In this document: piece after piece, positions 48,096 through 58,131 of the stretch
Layout of the letters: every line of letters starts with the position of its first letter
Position numbering within the stretch: the stretch's first letter is position 1
Assembly: GCA_963665075.1 (NCBI GenBank)
Contig: OY762063.1
Span: forward strand, 630,844-694,843
DNA: 64,000 bases
DNA from: Dehalococcoidia bacterium
GTDB lineage: Bacteria > Chloroflexota > Dehalococcoidia > Lucifugimonadales > GCA-2712585
Reading direction: 5' to 3'
Position numbers and translations under genes: made by a program
The notes under the pieces: model-generated
The model's input: the letters and a program-made list of their open reading frames with translations, nothing else
Database searches by the model: none
What the model was told of the DNA's origin: nothing

Positions 48096-49625
48096 ATGGA
48101 TGGAATTGAACAAGCCTGGTACACGCGCCAATTCTGGGCCAAGGCGCAGCCCTACGGACAGTCCGGCCCGGAGCGGATACACCTCCTCGAACACCACCTG
48201 GCCGACGTAGGCGCCTGCTTCGAAGCCCTGCTCAAAATCCCAACCATCCGCCGCCGTCTTGCAGCCGCCGGGGGGTGCGACGACCTGGACGCCGCCACCG
48301 TCGCCCGCCTCTCCCTCCTCGCCGCCTTCCACGACGTCGGCAAAGTCAACGTCGGCTTCCAAACCAAAATCTGGCGCAACGAGGACTTCTCCGGCGGGAG
48401 ACGCAAGCCCGGCCGGGCCGGACACGTTGCCGACATGGTCCCCGTGCTCACAAACAAGGACCAGAAGACGGCAGAATGGTTTTTCGACTCCCTTGGCTGG
48501 TGGCATGAAGCGACCGAATCGTGGGATGACCGTTGCGGCGAGACAGTCTGCGCCCTCTTCGTCGCCTCCCTCTCCCACCACGGACGTCCCCTGCAATTGG
48601 AGTCAACCAGGCAAAGGAATCCAACCATCTGGCAACCCCATTCCTGCCTTCATCCCGAAAATTACGTCAAGCGGCTTGGAAAACTTTCGCGCCAATGGTT
48701 CCCCGCCGCCTTCCACTCCGACGCGCCGCCCCTGCCCTCCAACCCCGCCTTCCAACACGCCTTCCTCGGCCTCTGCAACTGGGCCGACTGGATAGGCTCC
48801 GACGAACGCCGCTTCAGTTTTCTCGACCGGCCCTGTGAAGACTACATCGAGACTGCCCGCAACCGCGCCAGGGAAGCCGTCGCATCCATTGGACTGGACA
48901 TATCTACCCAGAGACGCTCCTTCAACGACATACCGGACTTCGCCGCCCTTTTTGAGATTGAAGGCGCTCCCAACGCCATCCAGAACGCCATCGCCGACAC
49001 CCCCCTGGAGGAACGACTCGTCATCATCGAATCCGAAACCGGCTCCGGCAAGACCGAAGCCGCCCTCTGGCGATTCGCCAAAATGTACCGCGCCGGCATC
49101 GTCGACGGCCTCTACTTCGCCCTACCCACCCGCACCGCCGCCGTCCAGATCCATCGGCGGGTCAAGAATTTCGTCGCCAGACTCCTCCCCCGCCGCACAC
49201 CTTCCACCGTCCTCGCCGTCCCCGGCTACCACCCCAACGCCGACGCCTCCCCCGTCGAAATTCCCCCGTACAACGAAGGCGCCGCCGGCATCGCCCCCGA
49301 AGCCGTGCCCTGGGCTTCCGAGCATCCCAAGCGATACCTCGCCGCCCAAATCGCCGTCGGAACCATCGACCAGGCCCTCATGGGCGCGTTGCAGGTCAAA
49401 AACGCCCACATGCGCGCCGCCTGCCTCACCCGAAACCTCCTCATCGTCGACGAAGTCCACGCCTCCGACACCTACATGAGCGTCGTCCTCGAAGCCCTCC
49501 TCCGCGCGCACCTGAACTCCGGCGGCTACGCCCTCCTCATGTCCGCCACCCTCGGCTCCGCCGCTCAGTTCACCACTACGGGAGGCAACTGTTTGTCTTC
49601 ACGCTCTTCGTATGGAAACTGCTGA
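48096..49625 (+). pseudogene. cas3: cas3 (type I-E style HD nuclease + SF2 helicase), 3'-truncated at ~49565
   Basis: AAGGAGA-ATG. HD motifs LEHHLADV and FHDVGK; helicase motifs ETGSGKTEAAL, LPTRTAA, LIVDEVHASD and MSATLG. The sequence then switches to AT-rich island DNA and stops after 20 unrelated codons. Confidence 0.8.
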
Positions 49626-50842
49626 CGATAATTTTCAAGCAATTCGGCCTCTTTTACCTCTGTCAGTTTTTCACCCGCTAGATAAGCAACCAGGTCAGTC
49701 GTAAGATTGCGATTCTTGGTGATTATCCTGCCGTCAGTACCACCGGTCCAAAGTACCCGATCCCATATTTGCAAGTTTTCATCGGTTAATGCCCAAGGAA
49801 GATGGTTAAGCACTTCGCAGGCCTTGTCATACGACAAGTTGGTCGGAGGGTTTGTAAGCCGCATAAACCCACGAACTAAGCATTCCTGTGGAACAGGCTT
49901 CCCTAACAAATTGGATTGACGAATTTGAACCCGCCCGGCATCGCCCGATTCCTCAGTGTCGGACAAGGCATCAGCGAAGACATCAATGTTTTCCAAGAGA
50001 AATTGCCAAACTTCGGACACCTTTTCGTCGTAGAGACGGATCTTGGCCTTGTCAGGCAGTTTTGACTTGTCAATCGTACCCTCGGGGAAACTTCCTTTAA
50101 TTATTTCTTCGTTACACCGGTAAACGATGGGGAGAGTTGTGAAGTAGTGATCTCTTACTCCCAAGCTGTTACTCGTATATTTTACTAGGCGAGCTCCGAT
50201 TATGTCGTTGGTTACCTTCCGAGCAAGGTAGGCCACTACATCATCGTCATCGGTGATGATGTTCTGTCCCGTTGTAGTTGCTTTTGCGTACTTGTTTACT
50301 TGAGTGAAAATCTTCCGTGCTTTGTGAGCCTTGAATGGCACGAGAATAACGGTTATATCTTCTTGGGCAAGGGCCATACACGGGGTAATATCAGGTATGT
50401 TGCGTCCCCTCTCGTCTCGCCCTGTGACTGCAAATTTAATGGCCTCCAAGCGATGTTGACCGTCAAGGGGAACCAGAACTTCTCCACCATGAAAAGTCAG
50501 AAACCCTATTGACGAAGCGGGTACACGATATAACCCAGGCAATTTCCTGGTGATGACTTCGGATAGGGGTTCAAACAAGATTTCATCGTCCATATTTATC
50601 GCCGCGACAATTATCGCCCCGAAGAATCGTCCATCGTCGTTGGCAAAGTAGGGGGCAATTTGCTTTCGGACACGATTGAAGTTGATATCCCTCTGGTAAC
50701 GCTCCTCTAGAAGGAGGTCTTCCCATCCTTCAATCTGACTAGGAATCTTCACTTTGTCGACCAGTTCCTGGGCCTTCATCGAAAGGATGAAGTAGTCGGT
50801 ATCCCCCAGCCGTGCCTTCATTGATGCTACTGTCGTAGCCAT
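49565..50842 (-). CDS. DGQHR-domain protein (DndB-like, ParB/Srx fold)
   Basis: VLVPLDGQHRLEAIKFAV motif, 425 aa. Last gene of the cassette. Confidence 0.65.
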   Translation of the reverse strand: MATTVASMKARLGDTDYFILSMKAQELVDKVKIPSQIEGWEDLLLEERYQRDINFNRVRKQIAPYFANDDGRFFGAIIVAAINMDDEILFEPLSEVITRKLPGLYRVPASSIGFLTFHGGEVLVPLDGQHRLEAIKFAVTGRDERGRNIPDITPCMALAQEDITVILVPFKAHKARKIFTQVNKYAKATTTGQNIITDDDDVVAYLARKVTNDIIGARLVKYTSNSLGVRDHYFTTLPIVYRCNEEIIKGSFPEGTIDKSKLPDKAKIRLYDEKVSEVWQFLLENIDVFADALSDTEESGDAGRVQIRQSNLLGKPVPQECLVRGFMRLTNPPTNLSYDKACEVLNHLPWALTDENLQIWDRVLWTGGTDGRIITKNRNLTTDLVAYLAGEKLTEVKEAELLENYRQQFPYEEREDKQLPPVVVN

Positions 50843-50854
50843 TGGCTTCTCCTG

Positions 50855-51184
50855 CTACCTGTTGTGTTGTATGTTAGCTTCTGGCTTCCACAACCTTATC
50901 AGTCGACGCTCCAGATTGTCAATCTTGGTCAAATCGGCTGCCATGTAACACACGTCCAAATTCTCGCCGAAGACTTGAATCCATAGCCTAAGCGTTTCAT
51001 TGTGCGAGCCGCGCCAATGATACGTCAATCGCTTCTTAACGGGTTGCTTCTTCGCCTTGCCTACGTAGATGCACTTCCCGTTGTCGCGGCACCAAAATGC
51101 GTATACGCCAAAGACATTTCTAGGAACGCCCTCGATTCCGAGGTACGACCACCTAATTGCTCTTCTATCGTGTATGGAACCCAT
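50855..51184 (-). CDS. Small GIY-YIG nuclease-domain protein
   Basis: FGVYAFW...CIYVGKAKK.PVKKRL.YH...E(RRLIRLWKP)EAN gives the GIY, YIG, R, E, N order. The track ORF start (51274) overlaps the upstream gene by 110 nt, so the ATG at 51184 is preferred. Confidence 0.55.
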   Translation of the reverse strand: MGSIHDRRAIRWSYLGIEGVPRNVFGVYAFWCRDNGKCIYVGKAKKQPVKKRLTYHWRGSHNETLRLWIQVFGENLDVCYMAADLTKIDNLERRLIRLWKPEANIQHNR

Positions 51185-52973
51185 GCGGAATGTCCCAAAC
51201 TTGAGCGGCCAGTTTTGCCATGTCTTTTTGGCGCTTCTCGATTGCGTCCGGCGACCACTCGTGAACCTCTGCAATGCTACTGGTTAGGTTAATGGTACTC
51301 CTACCAAAAATTTCCTGCTTACGAGTGAAGCTCCGATTCGTAGCTGCCCCAGGCTTATTGTCTGAGTTGCTCAACAACGTCAGGTTACCTATGCGATGTA
51401 TATTTGCCTGGTGGCTCTGCTCGTCAAAATTAGGCCAATATCCTAAATGACCCTGAGATATTGGGAGGATGTGTTCCACCGTATAGGCAGTTTCGTTGAT
51501 TGTCAATCCGGATTGTTCCTTGTACGCGATGCCTAGAAGAAACCTCTTTGCCTTCCCTCTATAACTACTTCGGATAGTAGCTCGTTCCATCAAAGCAATG
51601 AAATTCGAATCATCAAGAATCCCCAGATCATCAACTTCGCGCAGGCAACCATAAAAATCAACATCGTCAAGTGAACTGGCTGACATCACCTGCTGGGCTA
51701 AAGTTGCAAATTGCCGATCAAGATGTGACGGTTGAAATTGTCGGATTGCCAAAGCAGTTCGTATGACAAAGGAGGTGAGTAACTTTAGGCGAGTGTGCAC
51801 AAATTTTGCGATCTTTCTTTTTTTTGCCCTATCTTCCTCTTGTAGATAACGATCAAGCAAGGCAAAAACTATTGGGCGGCACACAGTATAGTATTTCAAT
51901 TCGCTCAGAAAGATAAACAGGTTTCTCCCAGGTTTGCCCGGGGCATCCCCAATGAACCTTGAAATCAAAGGGTCAGTTTCACGGGGTGACGATATGGAGT
52001 GGAAAATTACAATCCTTTCCCCCTTGGCCATATCCTCCACCAAACCATAAACGAAATTGGCCAAATCGGCATCAGAGGGTCCATTGGCATTGACCCTGAT
52101 TTGTGACTTCATCTCCCTGTATAGACGGTCTTTGCGTAGGTAGCCAAACCTACATTGCAGGTAGCACCTAATATACTCCTCAACCCTCGTTTTGCTCCGC
52201 TCTTCTCTAAGTCCAACTCGCATACCCTCAAGGTGGTCGTGAATCGTATCGCGTCGGGGACCTTCGGCCTTTCCGAAAAAAGAGTAAATGTGATTCCGAA
52301 TCAGGTCTACTTCACTAAGGGGCTTTCCCCTGGCATTAAGTGTTTCAAAGACAGCATTCGGGTTGAGTTGTCTTGGAACGTGGATGCATGCAACTTCAAG
52401 TTTGCGTATTAGAAAATCGAAAAAACTCGTGGCGTCATCTACACTAAAAGATTCAAAATACTCATCGATTACACGCCAAGCCTTCGTTAGCTTTCCGTTG
52501 GGGCTGACATCCTTGCCCCGTATGAGCGTATTGTAATTTGTCTTATCGTTCTCAGGAGGAGTAAGTCTGGGGAATAGGATGTCAGACTCTGTTAGTGAAA
52601 CGCGATCATATTCACCAATATCAAATAAAATACGCAAAGCGTCTTGTTCTCGTAATGCATCTCCTATTTCGTAAAATATACGGACAAGTCGAGCGCAAAT
52701 TAGCGAGAAAGTTACCATGCGTTGCTGCCCGTCATTGATTTCCCAGAGGTCATCGTCTTTTTCTACAAGCATAATGGCTCCCAGGAAGTAACACTCACGC
52801 TCCTCTAGTACCGCTTCCTGTAAGTCATCCAGCAAATCAGAAACATCCTCATTTCCCCAATCGTAATAGCGCTGATGCCAAGGCACCTCATACTTTCCCT
52901 CGTGAAACAAGAATGAGAGCTTGGCCGTAGCTGCACCTATGACAGTTTCGCTATCTCTACCAGTTGTTTTCAC
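51165..52973 (-). CDS. DUF262 (DGQQR ParB-like NTPase) + DUF1524 (His-Me finger) protein, SspE/GmrSD-like
   Basis: N-terminus YEVPWHQRYYDW and WEINDGQQRMVTF. C-terminus YTVEHILPIS...IGNLTLLSNSDN. The GTG start overlaps the upstream stop (GTGA). Confidence 0.7.
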   Translation of the reverse strand: MKTTGRDSETVIGAATAKLSFLFHEGKYEVPWHQRYYDWGNEDVSDLLDDLQEAVLEERECYFLGAIMLVEKDDDLWEINDGQQRMVTFSLICARLVRIFYEIGDALREQDALRILFDIGEYDRVSLTESDILFPRLTPPENDKTNYNTLIRGKDVSPNGKLTKAWRVIDEYFESFSVDDATSFFDFLIRKLEVACIHVPRQLNPNAVFETLNARGKPLSEVDLIRNHIYSFFGKAEGPRRDTIHDHLEGMRVGLREERSKTRVEEYIRCYLQCRFGYLRKDRLYREMKSQIRVNANGPSDADLANFVYGLVEDMAKGERIVIFHSISSPRETDPLISRFIGDAPGKPGRNLFIFLSELKYYTVCRPIVFALLDRYLQEEDRAKKRKIAKFVHTRLKLLTSFVIRTALAIRQFQPSHLDRQFATLAQQVMSASSLDDVDFYGCLREVDDLGILDDSNFIALMERATIRSSYRGKAKRFLLGIAYKEQSGLTINETAYTVEHILPISQGHLGYWPNFDEQSHQANIHRIGNLTLLSNSDNKPGAATNRSFTRKQEIFGRSTINLTSSIAEVHEWSPDAIEKRQKDMAKLAAQVWDIPHGFHTR

Positions 52974-54166
52974 ATTGTCTCCGATTCCAGTTTTGCCATA
53001 AGCCTGATGTGGCCTTCCTCGTGGATCCTATCGCGTCGCCATATATCCTGAATAAACTCGATTTCGGAGGGTGATATCAGGCTCCGTTTAATCTGAGACT
53101 GCAACGCGAGCAAATCATCAAGGAGCCTACGACGCACTTCAAGCTTGAATGGACCATATACCAAAGTCCCATCAGAGCGGATTTTGGTGTGCCCATCTCT
53201 GCGACGAGGTAGACGGTTACAGTTATCTTCTCGCAATTCAATCAATTCTTCGCGAAAGCTGAAAAGTGACTCCAACATCTCCTGATCAGCATGGCCTGAG
53301 TCAATTACTCCCCGCATGCTACGGTCCTTGGTGACGACAGTACAAGTCCAGCATCCAAAGCGAGGGGAAGTTGTACCACAAGAGGGGGCGTCATCTTTAG
53401 TCAGAATTAGTGGACATTCACCACCTCCGGCGTTGCGATACAGAGTGATGAGTTCTCTATGCGTCCCGCCCCAAGGCGGTTTCCTTTGCATCAGAATCAT
53501 CCATACCTCGTTATCCAACAAATCCGCCAATGGAGCAAAAATACTGCAACCCTCGACTGAACTATGAGGATTCATAGTATTTGCCTTAACTCCGTGTTTT
53601 TTCATATTGCGACTGCGGTTTTGTGATTCAGCCCGGCGCGTTCCTACAAGCAATATCGCCCGTTTATGTCGTGCAACCAGTCCTTTCAGCAACCTGTCCG
53701 TTGGCTGAATTTTCATACGGTCAGTACACCATCTGAAATTTCGGGTCGGTGGGATGTAGCCACGCCCAATGACGTTGACCCAGAATGTCTGGTCGACGTA
53801 GGGCTGAGTGATTTGGGCAGAAATTGGCAACCGCATTTCTTCGGCCACCTTGCGAATGGTTCCTATGCTCTTTCGCAAGTGCTCAATCACTAGGGGAGAT
53901 TCAACAAGCGTGTCGTTAGAAATGACGAATATCTTTCGCCTGCGCTCTGGAGCCGATACAGATGATACGGTTTCCCAAACCATCTGCAAAAGCAGGGTTG
54001 AGTCCTTGCCGCCGGAAAAGGCGATTATCCACGGATCATCGTGGGGTTGTAGATATTCGCACAGCAACACTTTTCGCACAGTTGCATAACGTGAAGCAAC
54101 ATTAGAAACCTTTACGATTCCCATTTTTTCTGCCTCGTTGGACTGCATTTCGTCTATACCGTTCAA
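52970..54166 (-). CDS. PAPS-reductase-family PP-loop ATP pyrophosphatase, DndC/SspD-like
   Basis: PP-loop IIAFSGGKDS, FRWCTDRMKIQP, C-terminal Cys motif PRFGCWTCTVV. 4-nt start/stop overlap with the desulfurase gene. Confidence 0.7.
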   Translation of the reverse strand: MNGIDEMQSNEAEKMGIVKVSNVASRYATVRKVLLCEYLQPHDDPWIIAFSGGKDSTLLLQMVWETVSSVSAPERRRKIFVISNDTLVESPLVIEHLRKSIGTIRKVAEEMRLPISAQITQPYVDQTFWVNVIGRGYIPPTRNFRWCTDRMKIQPTDRLLKGLVARHKRAILLVGTRRAESQNRSRNMKKHGVKANTMNPHSSVEGCSIFAPLADLLDNEVWMILMQRKPPWGGTHRELITLYRNAGGGECPLILTKDDAPSCGTTSPRFGCWTCTVVTKDRSMRGVIDSGHADQEMLESLFSFREELIELREDNCNRLPRRRDGHTKIRSDGTLVYGPFKLEVRRRLLDDLLALQSQIKRSLISPSEIEFIQDIWRRDRIHEEGHIRLMAKLESETM

Positions 54167-55395
54167 TCCTGAATACTGGCAGTATAATTTGGAAGACTCT
54201 CCTTCACATCAAGCCAATCTCCATCGTAATTTTCAAGAGATGAAATTTCACGAAGCTCTCGCACAGCAAGGGTGATTTCCTTTGCGGCGTAGTCAATATC
54301 TTCTTCTGTTGTGTAGCGCCCAATACTGAAACGCACCGAATGATGTGCCTTCTCTTCATCCAGCCCAAGTCCAATGAGTACGTGGGAAGGTTCCACAGCG
54401 GCCGACGTGCAAGCCGAACCCGCAGCCATAGCTATATTGGGTAGCCTCATCATCAGGGACTCACTCTCTACCATAGGAAAACACGCGTTGATGATTCCAG
54501 GCACACAGTACAACCTATTCCCGTTGAAAGTGACTAAGTCAATCCGTTGCAACAAGCCAATAAACCGCTCTGCCAAGCGATTTGTCCGACCGGTATCGGC
54601 TTCTAGATGCAATCTTGTTAGCCGTGCCGCCTCACCCATCCCAACTATTTGATGCGTTGGTAAAGTACCGGAACGCATTCCTCCCTCGTGCCCACCGCCA
54701 TGAATCTGGGCTTGGATTCGCAGTCGGGGATTGTACCTTACGTACAATGCTCCTATGCCCTTCGGCCCGTACATCTTGTGTCCGCTCATTGACACAAGAT
54801 CTGCCTTGACGTTCTGCAAATCTAGAGGGAGCCGTGCCAGACTCTGAGCAGCATCGATATGAAATACAATGTCGCGTGCCCTTGTAATTGCGCCTATAGC
54901 TTCAACGTCGGTGATGGTTCCAATCTCGTTATTCACATGCATCAGCGATACCAGGAAGGTCTCAGGGAGTAATGCATTTTCTACCTGTTCGGGAGAAATG
55001 ATGCCACCAAAATCTGGTTTGAGATAGGTAACCTGAAATCCTTGTCGTTCCAAGTATTCGCAAGTGTCGAGAACAGCACGGTGCTCGATAGATGAAGTCA
55101 CTATGTGCTTGCGACCATGAGAGCGTGTATGAGCAACCCCCTTAATCGCCAAATTGATTGATTCTGTTGCACCAGACGTCCAGATTATTTCCTCTGGCCT
55201 GGCATTGACGAGACTTGCCACTTGCCTTCGGGCCTTTTCCACTGCTTCCTCAGCTTTCCACCCAAAGCTATGTGAACGTGAGGCAGCATTCCCAAAGACT
55301 CCTGTCGGTCCCAAGTAGCGAGTCATGCGACTAACTACTTTAGGATCAACTGGTGTCGTCGCCGCATAGTCTAGATATACCACACCGTTCATCAT
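54163..55395 (-). CDS. Class V PLP-dependent cysteine desulfurase (IscS/NifS/DndA/SspA-like)
   Basis: VYLDYAATTP..., SGHKMYGPKG (PLP Lys), GSACTS (catalytic Cys). First gene of the cassette. Confidence 0.8.
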   Translation of the reverse strand: MMNGVVYLDYAATTPVDPKVVSRMTRYLGPTGVFGNAASRSHSFGWKAEEAVEKARRQVASLVNARPEEIIWTSGATESINLAIKGVAHTRSHGRKHIVTSSIEHRAVLDTCEYLERQGFQVTYLKPDFGGIISPEQVENALLPETFLVSLMHVNNEIGTITDVEAIGAITRARDIVFHIDAAQSLARLPLDLQNVKADLVSMSGHKMYGPKGIGALYVRYNPRLRIQAQIHGGGHEGGMRSGTLPTHQIVGMGEAARLTRLHLEADTGRTNRLAERFIGLLQRIDLVTFNGNRLYCVPGIINACFPMVESESLMMRLPNIAMAAGSACTSAAVEPSHVLIGLGLDEEKAHHSVRFSIGRYTTEEDIDYAAKEITLAVRELREISSLENYDGDWLDVKESLPNYTASIQD

Positions 55396-55461
55396 GGTAA
55401 TTCAACCTTGACCATATACTACCAAATTATCCTACAAAATGGAGTATAAACCAAACGGTAG

Positions 55462-56229
55462 GAAAGCGGAGAGTACGGCATCCCCTTCCAATCCCTCTCC
55501 ATGATACTCCTGGGGCCGGGTTCCACCGTCAGCCACGACGCCCTGCGCCTCATGGCTCGGCACGGCACCGCCCTCGTCGCCGTCGGAGAAGACGGCGTCC
55601 GATGCTACACCGCTCCCCCTCTCATGCCCGATACTTCCGACACCGCTCGTCGCCAGATGAAAGCCTGGGGCGACCCCGAAGGCGGGCGCATCGCCATCGC
55701 CCTCAAAATGTACGCCCTCCGACTCGGAGAAGTCCTTCCCTTCCGCGACATCAACGCCCTGCGCGGCGTCGAAGGCGGACGCGCCAGAAGAATGTACCAG
55801 AACGTCGCCCAGCAATACGGAATCACCTGGCGCGGCCGTCGCTACGATAGAACCGACCCCCTCGCCGCCGACATCCCCAACCAGGCCGTCAACCACGCCT
55901 CCGTCGCCGTAACCTCCGCCGCCGTCATCGCCGTAACCTCCGTCGGCGCTATCCCCCAACTCGGCTTCATCCACCAGCATAGCGGCGACGCCTTCGCCCT
56001 CGACATAGCCGACCTGTTTCGGGACACCGTCCTCCTTCCCGCCGCCTTCAAATCCGCCAAAGCCGTAATCGACAACCCCAGGCTCGACATTGAACGGCAC
56101 GCCAGACGAACGACGGGCGAGATGCTTCGCACCCAGCGAGTCATCCCAAAGATGATCGACCGAATCAAAACCCTGTTTCAAGACGTCTCCCCCCTCAACG
56201 ACGACCCCGATATTGCGAGAACGGAATGA
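55462..56229 (+). pseudogene. cas1: cas1 (type I-E style), 5'-truncated (~50 N-terminal codons missing)
   Basis: GIPFQSLSMILLGPGSTVSHDALRLMARHGTALVAVGEDGVRCYTA aligns with residues ~45-90 of the E. coli Cas1 sequence as I remember it. In-frame stop at 55459-55461; first ATG at 55501. Confidence 0.75.
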
Positions 56230-56510
56230 CCGTCGTAGTAACAGTTAACGTAGAGGCCCGATACCGGGGATTTCTCGCGTCGGTGATGCTGGAAATCGCG
56301 CCCGGCGTCTACACCTCTCCACAAATGACCAACGGCATCAGGGAAAGAATCTGGGAAGTCCTATCCGGTTGGCACTACCAACTGGGGCAAGGCGCCATAG
56401 TGATGACGTGGCGGGACCCGGCGGCGGCGGGCCAGAGAATAAGGACCCTCGGAGAAGCTCCAAAAGAAATCGTTGACGCCGACGGCGTCTACCTGGTGAA
56501 ATACAACTAG
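56226..56510 (+). CDS. cas2: Cas2 (type I-E style)
   Basis: 94 aa. MTVVVTVNVEARYRGFLASVMLEIAPGVYTSP resembles E. coli Cas2 ([29 protein letters not shown]). ATGA overlap with cas1. Confidence 0.8.
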   Translation: MTVVVTVNVEARYRGFLASVMLEIAPGVYTSPQMTNGIRERIWEVLSGWHYQLGQGAIVMTWRDPAAAGQRIRTLGEAPKEIVDADGVYLVKYN

Positions 56511-56612
56511 GCAAACTTCGAAAAACCGCCGATAGCGCCTTTCATCCCAAAACAGCAGGCAGAGATACGATGCGATAGCTCAACCCTGACGACAAATACG
56601 AAACTCGTTAGG
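56511..56612 (+). promoter_or_regulatory. Probable CRISPR leader
   Basis: ~100-nt less GC-rich spacer between the cas2 stop and the first repeat. The degenerate repeat lies at the opposite end of the array. Confidence 0.4.
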
Positions 56613-57738
56613 GGTTCCCCCGCACCCGCGGGGATAGACCGGCGTGGCTGGCGAAGCAAAGGCTGGCGAAGTGGGTTCCCCCGCACCCGCGGGGATAGAC
56701 CTCACATCAAGGGGATTAGCCATGCCCAGATCCAGGTTCCCCCGCACCCGCGGGGATAGACCGATATGGCGGGAAGAGCTGGAGGAGATGGGGGTGGTTC
56801 CCCCGCACCCGCGGGGATAGACCCCACCCTTGGCATCTACCGCGTCTGGCCCCAGTGGTTCCCCCGCACCCGCGGGGATAGACCCTTGACCGCCTGGTCA
56901 GTGCCTATGCCGAGGACGGTTCCCCCGCACCCGCGGGGATAGACCGGTATCCTAAAAAGCGACGCCCCGCCCGTCCCCGGTTCCCCCGCACCCGCGGGGA
57001 TAGACCCTTTTTGGAGCGAGGCTGATTTCCTCCGCCCCCGGTTCCCCCGCACCCGCGGGGATAGACCTGTACGGGTCGTTGGGGTCCGCGCCGTTCTCCA
57101 GGTTCCCCCGCACCCGCGGGGATAGACCTCCCTGGTACGAGCCGCCGCCGGAGTTGCCGACGGTTCCCCCGCACCCGCGGGGATAGACCACGCACTGTCC
57201 GGCAACCCGCCGCCGGGCTCGGGGTTCCCCCGCACCCGCGGGGATAGACCGCAGTTCTTACTCCGCCGCCGCCCTGTATGCCTGGTTCCCCCGCACCCGC
57301 GGGGATAGACCGCTTCCTTTTCCCATGATGCTGGCGTACATTGAGGTTCCCCCGCACCCGCGGGGATAGACCTATGATAGCAATATCGGTAATGTTGGTA
57401 AAATTGGTTCCCCCGCACCCGCGGGGATAGACCTGAAGGGGCGAAGAGGATTCGGCATACGACGGCGGTTCCCCCGCACCCGCGGGGATAGACCCACCTT
57501 GAATAGATCGTATGCATCCCCGCTCACGGTTCCCCCGCACCCGCGGGGATAGACCCTATGAATTTGACTACACGATTGCGATGTCGGCGGTTCCCCCGCA
57601 CCCGCGGGGATAGACCGGCGACGGCTCGCCGGTGGAAGGCGATGGCTCGGGTTCCCCCGCACCCGCGGGGATAGACCGTGGAAGGCGTGGACTGAAAGAG
57701 GATTTAGACGGATTCCCCCCCACCCGCAGGCACAAACC
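56613..57738 (+). CRISPR. CRISPR array, type I-E-like repeats: 18 identical + 1 degenerate terminal repeat, 18 spacers
   Basis: 28-nt repeat GGTTCCCCCGCACCCGCGGGGATAGACC at an exact 61-nt period from 56613 to 57650. The last copy at 57711 is degenerate (GATTCCCCCCCACCCGCAGGCACAAACC). Spacers are 33 nt. Confidence 0.95.
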
Positions 57739-57906
57739 ATTCCCCCAACCCGTTCCCTGGGGTTCCGGCCGGGAAGGTTCCCGCAGCGGCGCTCATTTGC
57801 AGATATAGACACAATATCACAAGAAAGATGCGCCATCGTTTACCATCTGCATCTGAAGAAGAGCACCGCGGCAATGCGCTGCCGGCGAAAGCCAAAGTCA
57901 AAGAAA

Positions 57907-57983
57907 TGGTGGCGCATACGGGGTTCGAACCCGTGATCTCCGCCTTGAGAGGGCGGTGTCCTAGTCCACTAGACGAATGCGCC
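57907..57983 (-). tRNA. tRNA-Glu (anticodon CTC), CCA encoded
   Basis: Manual cloverleaf: acceptor GGCGCAT/ATGCGCC, anticodon stem CCGCC/GGCGG, loop CTCTCAA, T-loop TTCGAAC. Confidence 0.85.
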
Positions 57984-58057
57984 AACCGAAATCCAATTCT
58001 ATCACAATTTCCCTTGTGCACAACACCAACTGTTGTATAATTTACAAGACCACCCGC

Positions 58058-58131
58058 TGCCGAGTGGTGTAGTGGTAGCACTCGTGACTCTGGATCACGC
58101 AACCCTGGTTCGAATCCAGGCTCGGCAGCCA
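58058..58131 (+). tRNA. tRNA-Gln (anticodon CTG), CCA encoded
   Basis: Manual cloverleaf: acceptor TGCCGAG/CTCGGCA, anticodon stem CGTGA/TCACG, loop CTCTGGA, T-loop TTCGAAT. TATAAT box ~20 nt upstream. Confidence 0.85.

Larger units (their letters stand above)
49566..55460. other. AT-richer island 3 (five-gene sulfur-modification-type cassette) replacing the Cascade gene block
   Basis: Sharp composition change at both ends. The flanks are a broken cas3 (left) and a broken cas1 (right). Confidence 0.7.

Noticed and set aside
56837-57836. Three long minus-strand ORFs (226, 211 and 154 aa) with striking repeated peptides (YPRGCGGT, LSPRVRGN, SIPAGAGEP)
   Set aside because: They are simply translations of the 61-nt-periodic CRISPR repeats in three frames. 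The repeat periodicity explains the peptide periodicity, so they are not protein-coding.
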